DNA of 63,946 bases, filler included, from Octopus bimaculoides (taxonomy: Eukaryota), in the NCBI RefSeq assembly GCF_001194135.2. It is 6 parts of 6 records of this genome, joined end to end, with 100 filler letters (N's around TTAATTAATTAA, not from the genome) between each part and the next. Parts side by side here need not be neighbours in the genome. Positions count along the whole stretch, not along the records: positions 62,916 to 63,946 come from NW_026436846.1; 5 more parts are not named here. One strand, 5' to 3'. Each line of letters begins with the position of its first letter. The first letter of the stretch is position 1. The position numbers and the translations under genes were made by a program. Under the pieces are notes generated by a model that was not told where the DNA came from, searched no databases, and was given only the letters and a program-made list of their open reading frames with translations. Below, in pieces: positions 63,906 through 63,946 of this stretch.

Positions 63906-63946
<41 letters not shown>

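Overview
Repeat-dense, AT-rich animal genomic DNA with many N gaps. The SINE set, RTE-type tails and microsatellite load look like an Octopus genome, but that assignment is recognition from memory, not a search. Five identical 100-bp spacers (44 N + TTAATTAATTAA + 44 N) show the window is six separately assembled pieces joined together. I cannot identify any host gene with confidence, and nearly all ORFs in the track are microsatellite or N-gap artefacts. Supported content: at least five tRNA-headed SINE families (three copies with visible 12-20 bp target-site duplications), decayed LINEs (RTE, L1/Tx1-like, R4/Dong-like), Tc1/mariner transposase fragments, a tandemly duplicated TTAA-flanked piggyBac-type MITE, and several minisatellites, two apparently derived from an RTE element. 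The most interesting signal is three different minimal type-I hammerhead-ribozyme-like folds (about 20.0, 33.7 and 58.5 kb). One lies inside a tRNA-headed SINE, and one carries a non-canonical A6U core shared by two copies. Low-confidence spliced-exon candidates occur in the repeat-poor 25.5-36.2 kb region. Repeat boundaries are approximate unless a TSD or TIR fixes them. SINE-1 to SINE-5 are my own working labels.
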